A stretch of DNA of 58,903 nt from a virus (taxonomy: Duplodnaviria; Caudoviricetes). Positions within the stretch are counted from its first letter, which is position 1; every line of letters starts with the position of its first letter. The position numbers and the translations under genes are program-made. Positions 17,301-26,249 of this stretch are shown piece after piece. The notes under the pieces were generated by a model. It saw only the letters and a program-made list of their open reading frames with translations, was not told where the DNA came from and did not search any database. The stretch lies in IMG/VR virus record IMGVR_UViG_3300025066_000029, positions 1 to 58,903 of that record; one strand, written 5' to 3'.

Positions 17301-19990
17301 CTTTCAAGTGGCATGTAAGGGTGTGTGGTGAGGTAGTTACCCACCCTTGTTTTGAATTCCTCTATATTTTTAGGTTTCTCTTTCCATAATGCTTCTTTAG
17401 AACTTGATGCAAGATCATACAAATGTTGTATATCTAACGTATCCGGTTTACCTTCATAATATGAGGCTGGCGTATTAAGCATTTCATATGTTCTTCCTTG
17501 ATAGTTTTCCTGCTCGGGTATATTATATAGTTGGCCTGTATAAGGTTTAAATCCAGTTGTGTCTCCATAAATGTAATTTTTTAATAGATCCCTCTTTGGA
17601 ATTGCATCAGGATTAAATAAAGGGTGTTTCTTAGGACTGGGAAGGAAGCCATAGTCGTCAGTCTTTAAATCTCCAACTGCCCCAGTATATTTTCCAACTC
17701 CTGGAAAATGGGGTTTATAATCATTGGTTGACATTCTAACGGGACTTCTATATACTCCCTTTTTTGCTGCTGTCTGATTACTTGCATATTTATATGCTTG
17801 ATGTTTTAGTTCATCTCTGGCTCCGGGGAGGTTCCACATAGCATCTGGAACACTATTAATTCCCAGAACTAATCCTTCATATTGTGAAGGATGAAGTGTA
17901 CCTGCTTTTAATGCATCAACTTGTTCTTTTATTTGACCAAAACCTCCAATATCGGGAAAAGTTAGTGTTCCTATTCCATTTTGTGCTTTGGGTATAAACC
18001 CACCATCTTGACGTATAGGTATGTTTCTGTGTGCTCTTTTTTCAGCACTTGGTTTAAGAGGTGGGTTAAAATCGTAGGTACCATCTGTATTCATAGTGTA
18101 ATGAATTCTTCCCTTAATATCAAATGGTCTCCCAGCAAGTTTTTCTCCTTTGACAGTTGTCTTTCCTAAAGGAATGTCAAAGTCATATTCATCACTATAG
18201 TCAAAGTAGTTGAGTTGATTTTCTTTATCAAAACCCTTATCTACCCTATAGTTCTTCAATACAAAGCCACCTGTGGCAGAATCCTTGATGTAGTCTGTAT
18301 TGTTAGGTGAATTCAGAACACCTCTTTCTACAACATCATCTATAATGTCATCCTCATTATTGAACCTATAAGTATTAGTTGCAGTCTTTGAAAAGGTATT
18401 ATTCTTCTGCCCCTGATTAAGATATATTCCCCAAGCATCCATAGAAGCATCCTTAGCATATTGCCCATAATATCCCATTTCTCCTGTCTGTGGATGTTTC
18501 CATCTTTCCATATCTTGAAAAGTATCCCAATGAGTATCTTTTCCATCCCATTTAAATGGTAATCGTTTTCCTTGAACGTATTCATTAAGAGCATGTTTAG
18601 CATCATAACCAATAGGTGTTACAGAGTTATACAATCTTTTCTCCCGTTTTTCTCTATTTGTAAAAGAAGATAAGAGACCACCATCTCGAAATTTCCAATT
18701 AACTTTACCTCTTGGTCCTAATGATCCTGTACCTGCATTATAATCTATACCCGCTCCAACATTAAGTCGCTTATTCACATCATAGTTAGTATCAAATGCA
18801 TAACTTCCTGCATTATGTAAATATCTTCCATCAAGTTTGTGATTCTTCAAATAAGGTACTGTAAATTCCCCGCCTATAGCTACAGGTCCTTTCTTCATCC
18901 CACCTTGTGTAATTTGTAGGTTTACATGTGGATTACCAAAATCTACAGGTTGTGTATTCCCTCCCCACATAACACCATTATATGGTTGATGTTTTGGTAA
19001 GTTTAAGTTTATGTCACCACCAGGTTGAAATTGTGCTGGTTGTTGTTGTGGATTTTGAAGTGTTGGAAAAGTTTGTGGAATTGGTTTTGGATCTAATTCC
19101 CCTCTTTTATAAAACCCCTTTGTAGGAGTATCTCTTGCAAGTATAAAAGGCCCTGTTCCTTCTCCTTTTCCTGCTTTATCCATAAGACTTGCCTGAGCTT
19201 GTGTAAAAGTTTCCATTGTGATATCTGCATTTCCCCAATATTTTCCGTAATCATTTCCTTTTTTACCCGAAACAAAATCCCATATATCCTGATCTTTTTT
19301 AACTACATTACCATCCTTATCATAGTAATAATACCCCATAGACCTTCCTATATCATCTGTTGAGTTATTTTCAAAAGTACCTGTACTTAAAGTATGTGTA
19401 AAGGGTAAAAATGGCTTAGTTTTAAGATGATCATAGACTTTCTGTTTTATATCATTCGTATATTTTATAGAATCTTGCTTAGAAAACCCTTCTATACTCC
19501 CTTCAGCTGTTTCAAGGAAATCCTTCCAAAGTGGAGTATCTTCCCAAGCAACTTCTCCTAAAATTCCCTCTGGTGTTGCAGTATCCTTTTTAACAGTATG
19601 TGTGGCACTCTTGGCCATTTCATAAGTTCTTCCTTTATAATCCTGAGAATTTGGAACATTAAATATTTCTCCTTCATATGGTTTAAATCCCTGAGTATCT
19701 CCATAAAGATAATTTTTCAGAAGATCCCGGTCTTTTTCAAAGACATTACCACTATAATCTCCCCCTTTAGACGGAGTTATTTCTTCACTGTGTAAATATC
19801 CTTTACCGGATGCCTCAGTTTGTGAACCAAATTTATAAGCATATTCTTTTAGCAAATCTCTGGCTCCCGGCATATCCCATACAAAATCAGGAAGTTTATC
19901 TGCAGCTATTACTAAGGATTTCACTTCTGTAGATGAAAGTTCTCCTTTCTTAAATTTTTCAAGTTGGGCTTTTATTTCTTGAATACTCAT
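14339..19990 (-). CDS. 1883-aa modular virion cargo-like polyprotein with QDGG linkers, a duplicated domain and a lytic transglycosylase-like domain
   Basis: Recurrent (F/K/R)QDGG-type motifs; ~300-aa internal duplication; AIYMTETDG...SSATGQYQM lysozyme-like motif. Confidence 0.75.
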   Translation of the reverse strand: MSIQEIKAQLEKFKKGELSSTEVKSLVIAADKLPDFVWDMPGARDLLKEYAYKFGSQTEASGKGYLHSEEITPSKGGDYSGNVFEKDRDLLKNYLYGDTQGFKPYEGEIFNVPNSQDYKGRTYEMAKSATHTVKKDTATPEGILGEVAWEDTPLWKDFLETAEGSIEGFSKQDSIKYTNDIKQKVYDHLKTKPFLPFTHTLSTGTFENNSTDDIGRSMGYYYYDKDGNVVKKDQDIWDFVSGKKGNDYGKYWGNADITMETFTQAQASLMDKAGKGEGTGPFILARDTPTKGFYKRGELDPKPIPQTFPTLQNPQQQPAQFQPGGDINLNLPKHQPYNGVMWGGNTQPVDFGNPHVNLQITQGGMKKGPVAIGGEFTVPYLKNHKLDGRYLHNAGSYAFDTNYDVNKRLNVGAGIDYNAGTGSLGPRGKVNWKFRDGGLLSSFTNREKREKRLYNSVTPIGYDAKHALNEYVQGKRLPFKWDGKDTHWDTFQDMERWKHPQTGEMGYYGQYAKDASMDAWGIYLNQGQKNNTFSKTATNTYRFNNEDDIIDDVVERGVLNSPNNTDYIKDSATGGFVLKNYRVDKGFDKENQLNYFDYSDEYDFDIPLGKTTVKGEKLAGRPFDIKGRIHYTMNTDGTYDFNPPLKPSAEKRAHRNIPIRQDGGFIPKAQNGIGTLTFPDIGGFGQIKEQVDALKAGTLHPSQYEGLVLGINSVPDAMWNLPGARDELKHQAYKYASNQTAAKKGVYRSPVRMSTNDYKPHFPGVGKYTGAVGDLKTDDYGFLPSPKKHPLFNPDAIPKRDLLKNYIYGDTTGFKPYTGQLYNIPEQENYQGRTYEMLNTPASYYEGKPDTLDIQHLYDLASSSKEALWKEKPKNIEEFKTRVGNYLTTHPYMPLESTNTTASKSADDIGGYMNYLHYDPKGNLTTTTQDIWDFGDEYKGNYTKRQNLKTDFEKAQRELMVKAGQGEYNGMKTGPFVLAKQTPTKGFYTQKEYEAQLPKISIGESIRAQFQDGGFVNKTGYTRGTQTANNPYNIISSGNIDNTNTGKTLAVYPDGDPPMIMNPGQRHIFPNSKNVLEVPIAQDGYPLQWSNNPQTNYGLKNSTIEPTKQEVFDETMVRKFMTVDPNNLSSGRAEYFPVEAIQDGRGHGYEWSSSDSPKSYPVTNPAKEYTETTSLPSWQQPSFHELYKAGFISPQPPSIQNIYKDWMLADKDSFAENLIEFFDPSGIMSWNDARRAYNSWKTSGKKYPTVDAGIDMFGAIPLLGKLGKIKYIKNFKNPMLAKGINLTKSKARYFPWQKRLNQLDALEDIHEDNGLKGYEEIPLKQDGGPIPKAQNGLGMKNDTIDYQKFKNAIYMTETDGRPHVKNPQSSATGQYQMLYNQIKDYPEMEGVTRDDLAGDTDLQNKMFRMQYDGKLKGIPGLKKTADDLYAEYKPQIPGFNFTKDQIAAMANLLGRQGTRNYLGYHLRDKKPLAEALPNIYGPNAKQANKTPSQYLEKYNKNISTPIPEPKPEIPLNPKFSSIPMMQDGSSTGYGMLDPRFRASSSRVQTPAFGNQPNEDIQVGKKAEWIGNQMQTRAIELPNVHNLPKSTQEDLAKRATHIKFMDPRAKGDGYDNIMYNPDLFENMSPEEKSKLAMVAADEKTKYYDIQRPGNKQFQDGGRNEYVPTRQDSIDVLQHQAYLDERRSKLGYKRTGPVQSFDPDTIKKREEAWNRNPNAQVILANPDQNNNFKLSPTTRAKVPFSNPIGNATFYPELGEPGTVNKAIGTVIPKGMIPSGMQPWGNINIGEKRGDITTAPYFDPKDFTPKGAVIKPVKYPEVTARSQQQDPAIWSMKPEASGWSIDKSPTTMMKTQTTITPTNRQSGGPTKRISKHSGREFDYSIY

Positions 19991-20388
19991 TGTACTTGAT
20001 ATTTTTTAGTTTCCTGACCAAGATAGTTGTACGGTAACTTGTACGGTAACTTGTGCGGTGCTATTTCAGGTGTGTGTATTGATGTGGGAGATTGTGGACA
20101 GAATACTGAATCAGACTCTGTGTAGAGTTCTGTTCCATATGCATCATAGGATGCCATGTAGTTTCCGAAGGAGTATTGATAGGCTTGTATCTGTCCATCC
20201 AAAGTCTGCCTACTAGTATCAATGCTATAATAATGAGAGCACGTACTATCATTGTAGAGAGTATGTCCTTGTTCTGGGATTCCGTTGTATGAAAAGTCAT
20301 TGCAAAGTTTATGAACAACAATCAGGAAGTGATCCTGAATGTTAAGTATTTCATAGTGTTTATTTTTTTGGTGAAGGTTTTGGTGGCT
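19987..20388 (-). CDS. open frame between portal and polyprotein; start codon uncertain
   Basis: 133 stop-free codons ending YNYLGQETKKYQVQ; stop overlaps the polyprotein ATG; no early ATG. Confidence 0.35.
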   Translation of the reverse strand, partial: SHQNLHQKNKHYEILNIQDHFLIVVHKLCNDFSYNGIPEQGHTLYNDSTCSHYYSIDTSRQTLDGQIQAYQYSFGNYMASYDAYGTELYTESDSVFCPQSPTSIHTPEIAPHKLPYKLPYNYLGQETKKYQVQ

Positions 20389-22897
20389 TCATGCGTGCAA
20401 TTTTTTCTTGAGACTGAATCTTCTCTCTTTCAACTTCTCTATCCTTCTCTTCCTGTCCTACTTTAGCATCAAGTTCCCTATCCTTCTGTGCAAGCTTCTT
20501 ATCTTCAATAGTCAGTTTGGCAGCATCAGAATGTGCATTAGCAATAATACCTGAGTGATCAGGTGCCTGTTGATTGAGTGCAGCCTTAACTTTTTCTACT
20601 TCAAGCTTCCCTTGAATTATCATTCTTTCCTTTTCAATCTCATGTTGTTGCTCATCCTCACGATTATCAATCTGTAGTTGCTGCATTTTCTCCTGACTCT
20701 GACTTTGCTGCATACCAAGTGCTTGCTTATCCTTCTGGATCTGTGCTTCTATATCATCTACATATTCACGGAATTCAGTGAGGGATTCTGCAGGCATAAG
20801 GCGTGTAAGTTTAGAAAGTGCCCTTTCCTCATTCTGCAGTACTGCATGTGCTTGTTGTTTGAGGGCTTCAAGGTTTCTATGAGTTTTAGCATTATCCTCA
20901 AGAATAGCTGCCATATCAATATCAGATAGGTCTAAGTCTCTTGTCTTAATAGTATATAGTTCCCTATCCGATAGCCAGTATCTCAGGTATTCAGGATCTG
21001 TTTCTACTATTTCCTGTTGAAGGAGTTTCAGATAACCATTAAGTACTTCTCCCCAAAGGAGATCATGAAGTGCAAACTTGGTTTCAGTGATTACTGCTGA
21101 TTGTGCAACATCCCTTAGGTTATCTGATACATTAGTATTAGAAATTGTCCTAGCTTCTCTTTGTGGTGCAATACCCGCAGCCATCCCTATTTGTTGTTCT
21201 ACAAATCTAAGAATCTCAGCGTAGTGTGCAATCTTGTCTGTATTAGACATATCCACAGATTCAGCAACTTTAAGAGTATTCATCATTCCAGCCGTTTCCT
21301 TATTCTGTAGTGGATTGTAGGGTATGATTCCTGAGTCTTCAGCATACTTCTGCACCATCTCTACACCAATATCCTTATCTACCATCAAGACATTCAGGAA
21401 TGTTAAGCGTCCCTTATCTAATCCAATAAGTTTGAGAAACTTGGACATAATCACAAGGTAGAGTTTTTGCCAAGGCATCATCCTCCCCATTGTACTCATC
21501 ATTGGTGCATTAGCTGCAGAGAAGACAGCACCATAAATAGGTAATTTTACATCATAAGGATCGCTAGTTGTTTGATAAGCATATGGGTATGGTTCTATCT
21601 GGCAGAATATGTCATCATTAATTCTGGTTCCCCACCATATTTCAGGTGCCCATTCCCATTGTAATTCATGTTGCAAACCCTCTTCTACCCAAGTATAGAT
21701 CTTCTTAGTAACTCCAAATTGCTTTTCAGATCTTGTTCTATGCTCATCTGGAAGTTCAAACTCCTCACTTACGATATCTGTGTGCTTCTTATGATATTCA
21801 TCATACCATGTTATGAAGCCCATCAAACGCTGTGATTTCCAGAAGCCTGTATAGACAGTATGGTAGTCATCTTGTGAACCTGTAGATTGTCCATATTGCC
21901 CACTGTGTAATATATCTCCTGATGAAGGAGTTCCATCGTTGTTAGATTTGTATCTTATGTTCTCCCAGTGACTGGGGGAATAGCCATCTTTTGAGTATAG
22001 TTTAGCATCTAAGCCATAGACATTACCTGAATAATCATCAAGGCGCTTAAGGTCCTTCTTCTTCATCAGGTGGCCATAATTATCAAGAACATCTCCAGTA
22101 GTCATCTCTCGCTTGTATACTACGTAATCACCATCTTGTGTGAATTGTTCTTCAGGACTCTTATGGTAGGCAACACCTAAGGGATTGATTACCTCAAGGT
22201 GTGGTTTACCATTCTTCATCCAAACGCCTACATATTCAAGGCCACTAATATTACTATTGAACCATGATTGAGTCTTCTTATGCTTAAGGTGCTCCTTAAT
22301 GGTAGCCCTCTTCATTATCTTCTCAAGAGCTTGTTCTTCAGCTGTTTTAAATGATTCATACTTCTGCTCTATAAGTTCAGGTGTGAGTATGAATTCCATC
22401 TCTTTCTGAATCTGTTGCTCAAGTTGTTTCTTAGCTTCTTCCTGCTGTTCAGGTGGTACACCTTGAAGTTGCATCATACCTTCTTGCTGTGCAAGTTGTG
22501 CCTCCTTATTAAGAGCTGCATTAATGAATTTCCTATAATCACCCTCTCTCTGCCTTAGAATCTTATTAGTAGTATTAGGTGCTAAGGACACTACATGGTA
22601 ATTCCAAGGTCTCTTTTCCTCTTCACCAGATAGTACATCAATCTTATTGTGCACATGGTTAAAGGCTTGTACATAATCCTTACCTGTACCTATATCTAAA
22701 CCCAAAGGGTCACAGAATTTCTGGAAGTCATCTTGGTCATAATCTGCATTATATGCACGATAGTTCTTCCACATGGTTTCCCAATTAGCATAGAAGAATT
22801 CGTCTGCCTGACTACACAGATAATTCATACTGTCCACTCGCCATTGTTTGTTTTTGCTCGTGAACTTCAGTTGTTGTTTTGGTTTTCGATATAGCAT
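20360..22897 (-). CDS. portal protein (crAss-like)
   Basis: 845 aa directly after TerL; NKIDVLSGEEEKRP, IWWGTRI, KLPIYG, AGIAPQRE segments; coiled-coil C-terminus. Confidence 0.85.
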   Translation of the reverse strand: MLYRKPKQQLKFTSKNKQWRVDSMNYLCSQADEFFYANWETMWKNYRAYNADYDQDDFQKFCDPLGLDIGTGKDYVQAFNHVHNKIDVLSGEEEKRPWNYHVVSLAPNTTNKILRQREGDYRKFINAALNKEAQLAQQEGMMQLQGVPPEQQEEAKKQLEQQIQKEMEFILTPELIEQKYESFKTAEEQALEKIMKRATIKEHLKHKKTQSWFNSNISGLEYVGVWMKNGKPHLEVINPLGVAYHKSPEEQFTQDGDYVVYKREMTTGDVLDNYGHLMKKKDLKRLDDYSGNVYGLDAKLYSKDGYSPSHWENIRYKSNNDGTPSSGDILHSGQYGQSTGSQDDYHTVYTGFWKSQRLMGFITWYDEYHKKHTDIVSEEFELPDEHRTRSEKQFGVTKKIYTWVEEGLQHELQWEWAPEIWWGTRINDDIFCQIEPYPYAYQTTSDPYDVKLPIYGAVFSAANAPMMSTMGRMMPWQKLYLVIMSKFLKLIGLDKGRLTFLNVLMVDKDIGVEMVQKYAEDSGIIPYNPLQNKETAGMMNTLKVAESVDMSNTDKIAHYAEILRFVEQQIGMAAGIAPQREARTISNTNVSDNLRDVAQSAVITETKFALHDLLWGEVLNGYLKLLQQEIVETDPEYLRYWLSDRELYTIKTRDLDLSDIDMAAILEDNAKTHRNLEALKQQAHAVLQNEERALSKLTRLMPAESLTEFREYVDDIEAQIQKDKQALGMQQSQSQEKMQQLQIDNREDEQQHEIEKERMIIQGKLEVEKVKAALNQQAPDHSGIIANAHSDAAKLTIEDKKLAQKDRELDAKVGQEEKDREVEREKIQSQEKIARMKPPKPSPKK

Positions 22898-25154
22898 TTT
22901 TACGATTTCTTATATGCTCAGGCATCTTGGAAATGAAGTAGTCCATCACCTGATCTACGTCTTTAGCCTTTTCAATAAATTCTTTATGATGATTTCTCAT
23001 CTGTATAATACCTCCCATAAGGCTCAGTACCCTATCAAAGTTACCTTTCCGGTTGTATTGTATAAGTTCCTTAATAAGGGGCTTAGAAGAAAGAAGATCT
23101 AGGTTGGTTTCTGTATCTCCTGTATATGGATTCTTTCTCTCCTCCCTAAGCCACTGATTAGTATATATTTCACCCATCTCTTTAAGCTTCTCAGCTCCCA
23201 TAGAGTGACCTGTCTGTCTCTGTAATGTTCTTGATGTTCCCATAAACTGCCCTATGAGGTAGGCAGGTGGTTTCATTAAGCGATGAAATTCATTATGTTT
23301 AATGAAGTATTCCCTTACTGCTTTCCCAGCTCTATCATTCTCATGTGTAGCTTGTGCATTATAGTATCTTGATAGTTTCAGGAGTATATTATGAATGGTG
23401 TCCATAGGATCTAGTTTTGGTCTACCTGTCCATTCAGCTACCACTTCATCATGCCCCATTTCAAATGGGTAATTACAGGATTTTAGCACTAATATTGATG
23501 CAAGTGACTGTCCACCTTCAGCATCTATGCCAATAGGGTCAATGGTAACTATATATGCATCATTAGGAATAAGCCCATGAATTTCAATAGGATGTTCGTA
23601 GATGACAAGAGCACCTTCATGATCATCAGTTTCCTTAAGTGGAAAATTCTGTATAGGTTGAAGCTTTCCCTCTAAATCTGGTTTAAACTTGGTTTCTCCT
23701 TTTACAGTTATCAATTCTCCAACAGTACCAAGAAGTCTGAATTCATTATTAGATGTCAGACGTGAAAGGCGCTGATAGAGTTCTGCAGTAGGGAAGATAT
23801 TCCCTTCTGGTACCAAGAATGCTTCTGAAGGAGTTTTACAATACTGTGTAAGATCTGTGTTATAAGATTTCTTATCCTTTCCCTTTGAAGCTATTCTCTC
23901 AATATTGAGATCAATCTCTGCTACCCAATGACGTGAGTTTCCATTAGCATCCACTGCATCATAAGATGCTCCATCCAGGTTGGTGAATGTTGCACCTTCC
24001 CTGAACCACATATCAGCAATGAACAATCCACATTGTCCTTTAGCACCTGTCTCATAAATATTCTTGTAACCTTTCAGCTTGTACTTAGTAGGTTGATAGA
24101 ACATATCTGCAAAATCCTGAGTAGCACCATCCATGTCACCACCAGTTCCAAAGATAATTGCAATACCTTTCAAGAACTTTCCAGACCTTAGGGTTGGTTC
24201 TGTAAATGCCCAAGCTTCCTTAAGCCGTTTTACTTCTCCTGCTTCCTCAAATATTACTCTTGCACAACCTTTACCAGATGCTGAATGAGGCTTGTTAAAG
24301 AGGGTTACTGTTTCAATAACAGATCTCCTACCTCTTTCTGCACCACTCTTCTTAGCCTTAACACCTGCTTTAATCCCACCTGCCTTTTTGGGTTGGTAAT
24401 TTCTATATATAGTAGGACCACCAAACTCTGTATAATCAGTGAGGAAATCAATATAGGATAGGCACTTTTCAAATGTATCAGCAGACTTTTCACCAGTCTC
24501 TGAAACAATAAGGACTTTAGAATTAGGGACAAAGCTGTATTTCCATACTGCACCTGCTGCATTCTTATAAGACCATCCCTTCCTTCTTGCTTTAGCAAGA
24601 ATGATATGCCCTCTATATTCAGCTGGGAGATTATAACGTTTAGGGTTCTCTCTGGCTTCTAATTCTAAGAACCAGTAATAATCCATTGCACAGAACATTG
24701 GAAAGTCAACAACTTCTGTCTCAAGACCAGTGTTCTCATCAATCCCAACTCTACCTATAGGGCAGAAGTTGAGGTAGAAGTAGTGTTCACCTGATATACG
24801 GATACCACAAGGGTTACCATTAATTTCTGGCTCATATCCGTGAATACACCTCTCACGTTCTTGCTTCCAGAACTCTCTATAAGAGCGCGTACCTTTTAGG
24901 TATGGAGTATATGTTGCTTTCCTACTAGAACCTCTTGCTGCTTCTTTGGATTTCCTATAGGCATCTGCTGCAGGTTGAAAAATACTTGAATCTTTGAAAA
25001 ACAAGTAATCCCATTGCAGATTTGCAACAGGATTTTGGTATACTTGTGGAGAAAGTTTACCATAGAGTTTTTCTTCTTTTTCAAGATGTACCTGAGGAAT
25101 CTCTGATATAAGATCTTCAATCTTCCAAATATGTGCAGCAGCTGGGTCTATCAT
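22812..25154 (-). CDS. terL: terminase large subunit
   Basis: Walker A KARRKGWSY, Walker B VIFEEAG, FGTGG coupling motif, RNase H-like TIDP and GNFDRVLSL. Confidence 0.93.
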   Translation of the reverse strand: MIDPAAAHIWKIEDLISEIPQVHLEKEEKLYGKLSPQVYQNPVANLQWDYLFFKDSSIFQPAADAYRKSKEAARGSSRKATYTPYLKGTRSYREFWKQERERCIHGYEPEINGNPCGIRISGEHYFYLNFCPIGRVGIDENTGLETEVVDFPMFCAMDYYWFLELEARENPKRYNLPAEYRGHIILAKARRKGWSYKNAAGAVWKYSFVPNSKVLIVSETGEKSADTFEKCLSYIDFLTDYTEFGGPTIYRNYQPKKAGGIKAGVKAKKSGAERGRRSVIETVTLFNKPHSASGKGCARVIFEEAGEVKRLKEAWAFTEPTLRSGKFLKGIAIIFGTGGDMDGATQDFADMFYQPTKYKLKGYKNIYETGAKGQCGLFIADMWFREGATFTNLDGASYDAVDANGNSRHWVAEIDLNIERIASKGKDKKSYNTDLTQYCKTPSEAFLVPEGNIFPTAELYQRLSRLTSNNEFRLLGTVGELITVKGETKFKPDLEGKLQPIQNFPLKETDDHEGALVIYEHPIEIHGLIPNDAYIVTIDPIGIDAEGGQSLASILVLKSCNYPFEMGHDEVVAEWTGRPKLDPMDTIHNILLKLSRYYNAQATHENDRAGKAVREYFIKHNEFHRLMKPPAYLIGQFMGTSRTLQRQTGHSMGAEKLKEMGEIYTNQWLREERKNPYTGDTETNLDLLSSKPLIKELIQYNRKGNFDRVLSLMGGIIQMRNHHKEFIEKAKDVDQVMDYFISKMPEHIRNRKNAISKTKTTTEVHEQKQTMASGQYELSV

Positions 25155-25717
25155 ATTGTTTTGTCAAACATGTTTAGTTCCTTATCTCCATAAGTCTCTT
25201 GGGAAAGTTGATCAATATCTTTGGCAACCTCTACCCTAAGCTTTTTCATACTCTTAACAGTAGCTTCAAGTTTCCCTATTGCAGTCATAGCATGATTAGG
25301 ATCATTAACAAGCTTACCCTTATCATCCCTGTCAGTAAAGTCCAAGGTCCTATAATGGGTAGATAGTTTGTCCATAAGTTCTAATCCAGCATCAAGTGCA
25401 CGTATCTCAGGAGTGGTTTGAAACTTCCTATACTTTGTTCTTGCAGCTTTAAGCCATTTAGGCTCTGGCCATGAGGGAACCTTCTTCAGATAATCTTTCT
25501 TACATTCCTTTTCACGCTCTTGTTTATCAAGGTTTGCATATTGGGAATTAAGATTCTCAGTGTGGTATATGTATGCGAAGAAGTTATGGGCTAAATCTTT
25601 TGTCTCTGCTCTATCCCAAACTTCCTTGAATTCATCTACATATAATCCTTCAGGTGTTACTACTGGTTCTTCATTCTGTAGGTCAAAAAACATTATCCAA
25701 GAATAATTGATGTACAT
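25151..25717 (-). CDS. putative terminase small subunit / conserved protein upstream of TerL
   Basis: Helical protein coupled to TerL; likely start MFFDL at 25693. Confidence 0.5.
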   Translation of the reverse strand: MYINYSWIMFFDLQNEEPVVTPEGLYVDEFKEVWDRAETKDLAHNFFAYIYHTENLNSQYANLDKQEREKECKKDYLKKVPSWPEPKWLKAARTKYRKFQTTPEIRALDAGLELMDKLSTHYRTLDFTDRDDKGKLVNDPNHAMTAIGKLEATVKSMKKLRVEVAKDIDQLSQETYGDKELNMFDKTI

Positions 25718-25902
25718 CCCCTAATCATTGGAACCTCAATTCCAACAATCTTCCCTACTTTCTCATCTATCTGTATCTCTGTTTGTGATGCTCTAAGTTT
25801 TCGTAATTCTTCAAAGTCTGTTTTATCATTATCAAGATTGATGACATATGCTGTTCCCCTATTGTTTATGTGGAAATTATCCACTGATTTGAATGTTCTC
25901 AT
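25693..25902 (-). CDS. hypothetical protein
   Basis: 69-aa ORF in operon orientation; stop coupled to the next ATG. Confidence 0.5.
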   Translation of the reverse strand: MRTFKSVDNFHINNRGTAYVINLDNDKTDFEELRKLRASQTEIQIDEKVGKIVGIEVPMIRGCTSIILG

Positions 25903-25937
25903 AGTCTCATTATCGTATATTATTGGATATTATCGTA

Positions 25938-26249
25938 TCATAATGTTCTTGTCCATTTGTTATCTTTTCCATATCCATACTCTTTTTTAAGGGCTGCTCT
26001 TTGTTTATATTGTTCATTAAGTTCTGCTCTAAACTTTTCTGTAACCTTCATACCCAATAGTGGGTCACATGTTTCATCAGGATCCAAGTTAACTTCGTAA
26101 ACAACTTCACTCTTTGGAATTACATAAACACCTGCCATTGGAACACCTATTACCTTGAATTCTTCTGTTTCATCTAATAAGAAATAGGTGATACTATGTT
26201 TTGGATTTTTTATAGCATCAATTACTTGTTCTCGTTGTTCTCCTGTCAT
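25938..26249 (-). CDS. hypothetical protein
   Basis: 103 aa, coupled start. Confidence 0.55.
   Translation of the reverse strand: MTGEQREQVIDAIKNPKHSITYFLLDETEEFKVIGVPMAGVYVIPKSEVVYEVNLDPDETCDPLLGMKVTEKFRAELNEQYKQRAALKKEYGYGKDNKWTRTL

Noticed and set aside
14339-19990. Virion RNA polymerase
   Set aside because: No DxDxD catalytic motif in a plausible context, and the modular repeat layout does not fit; such genes probably lie outside the window
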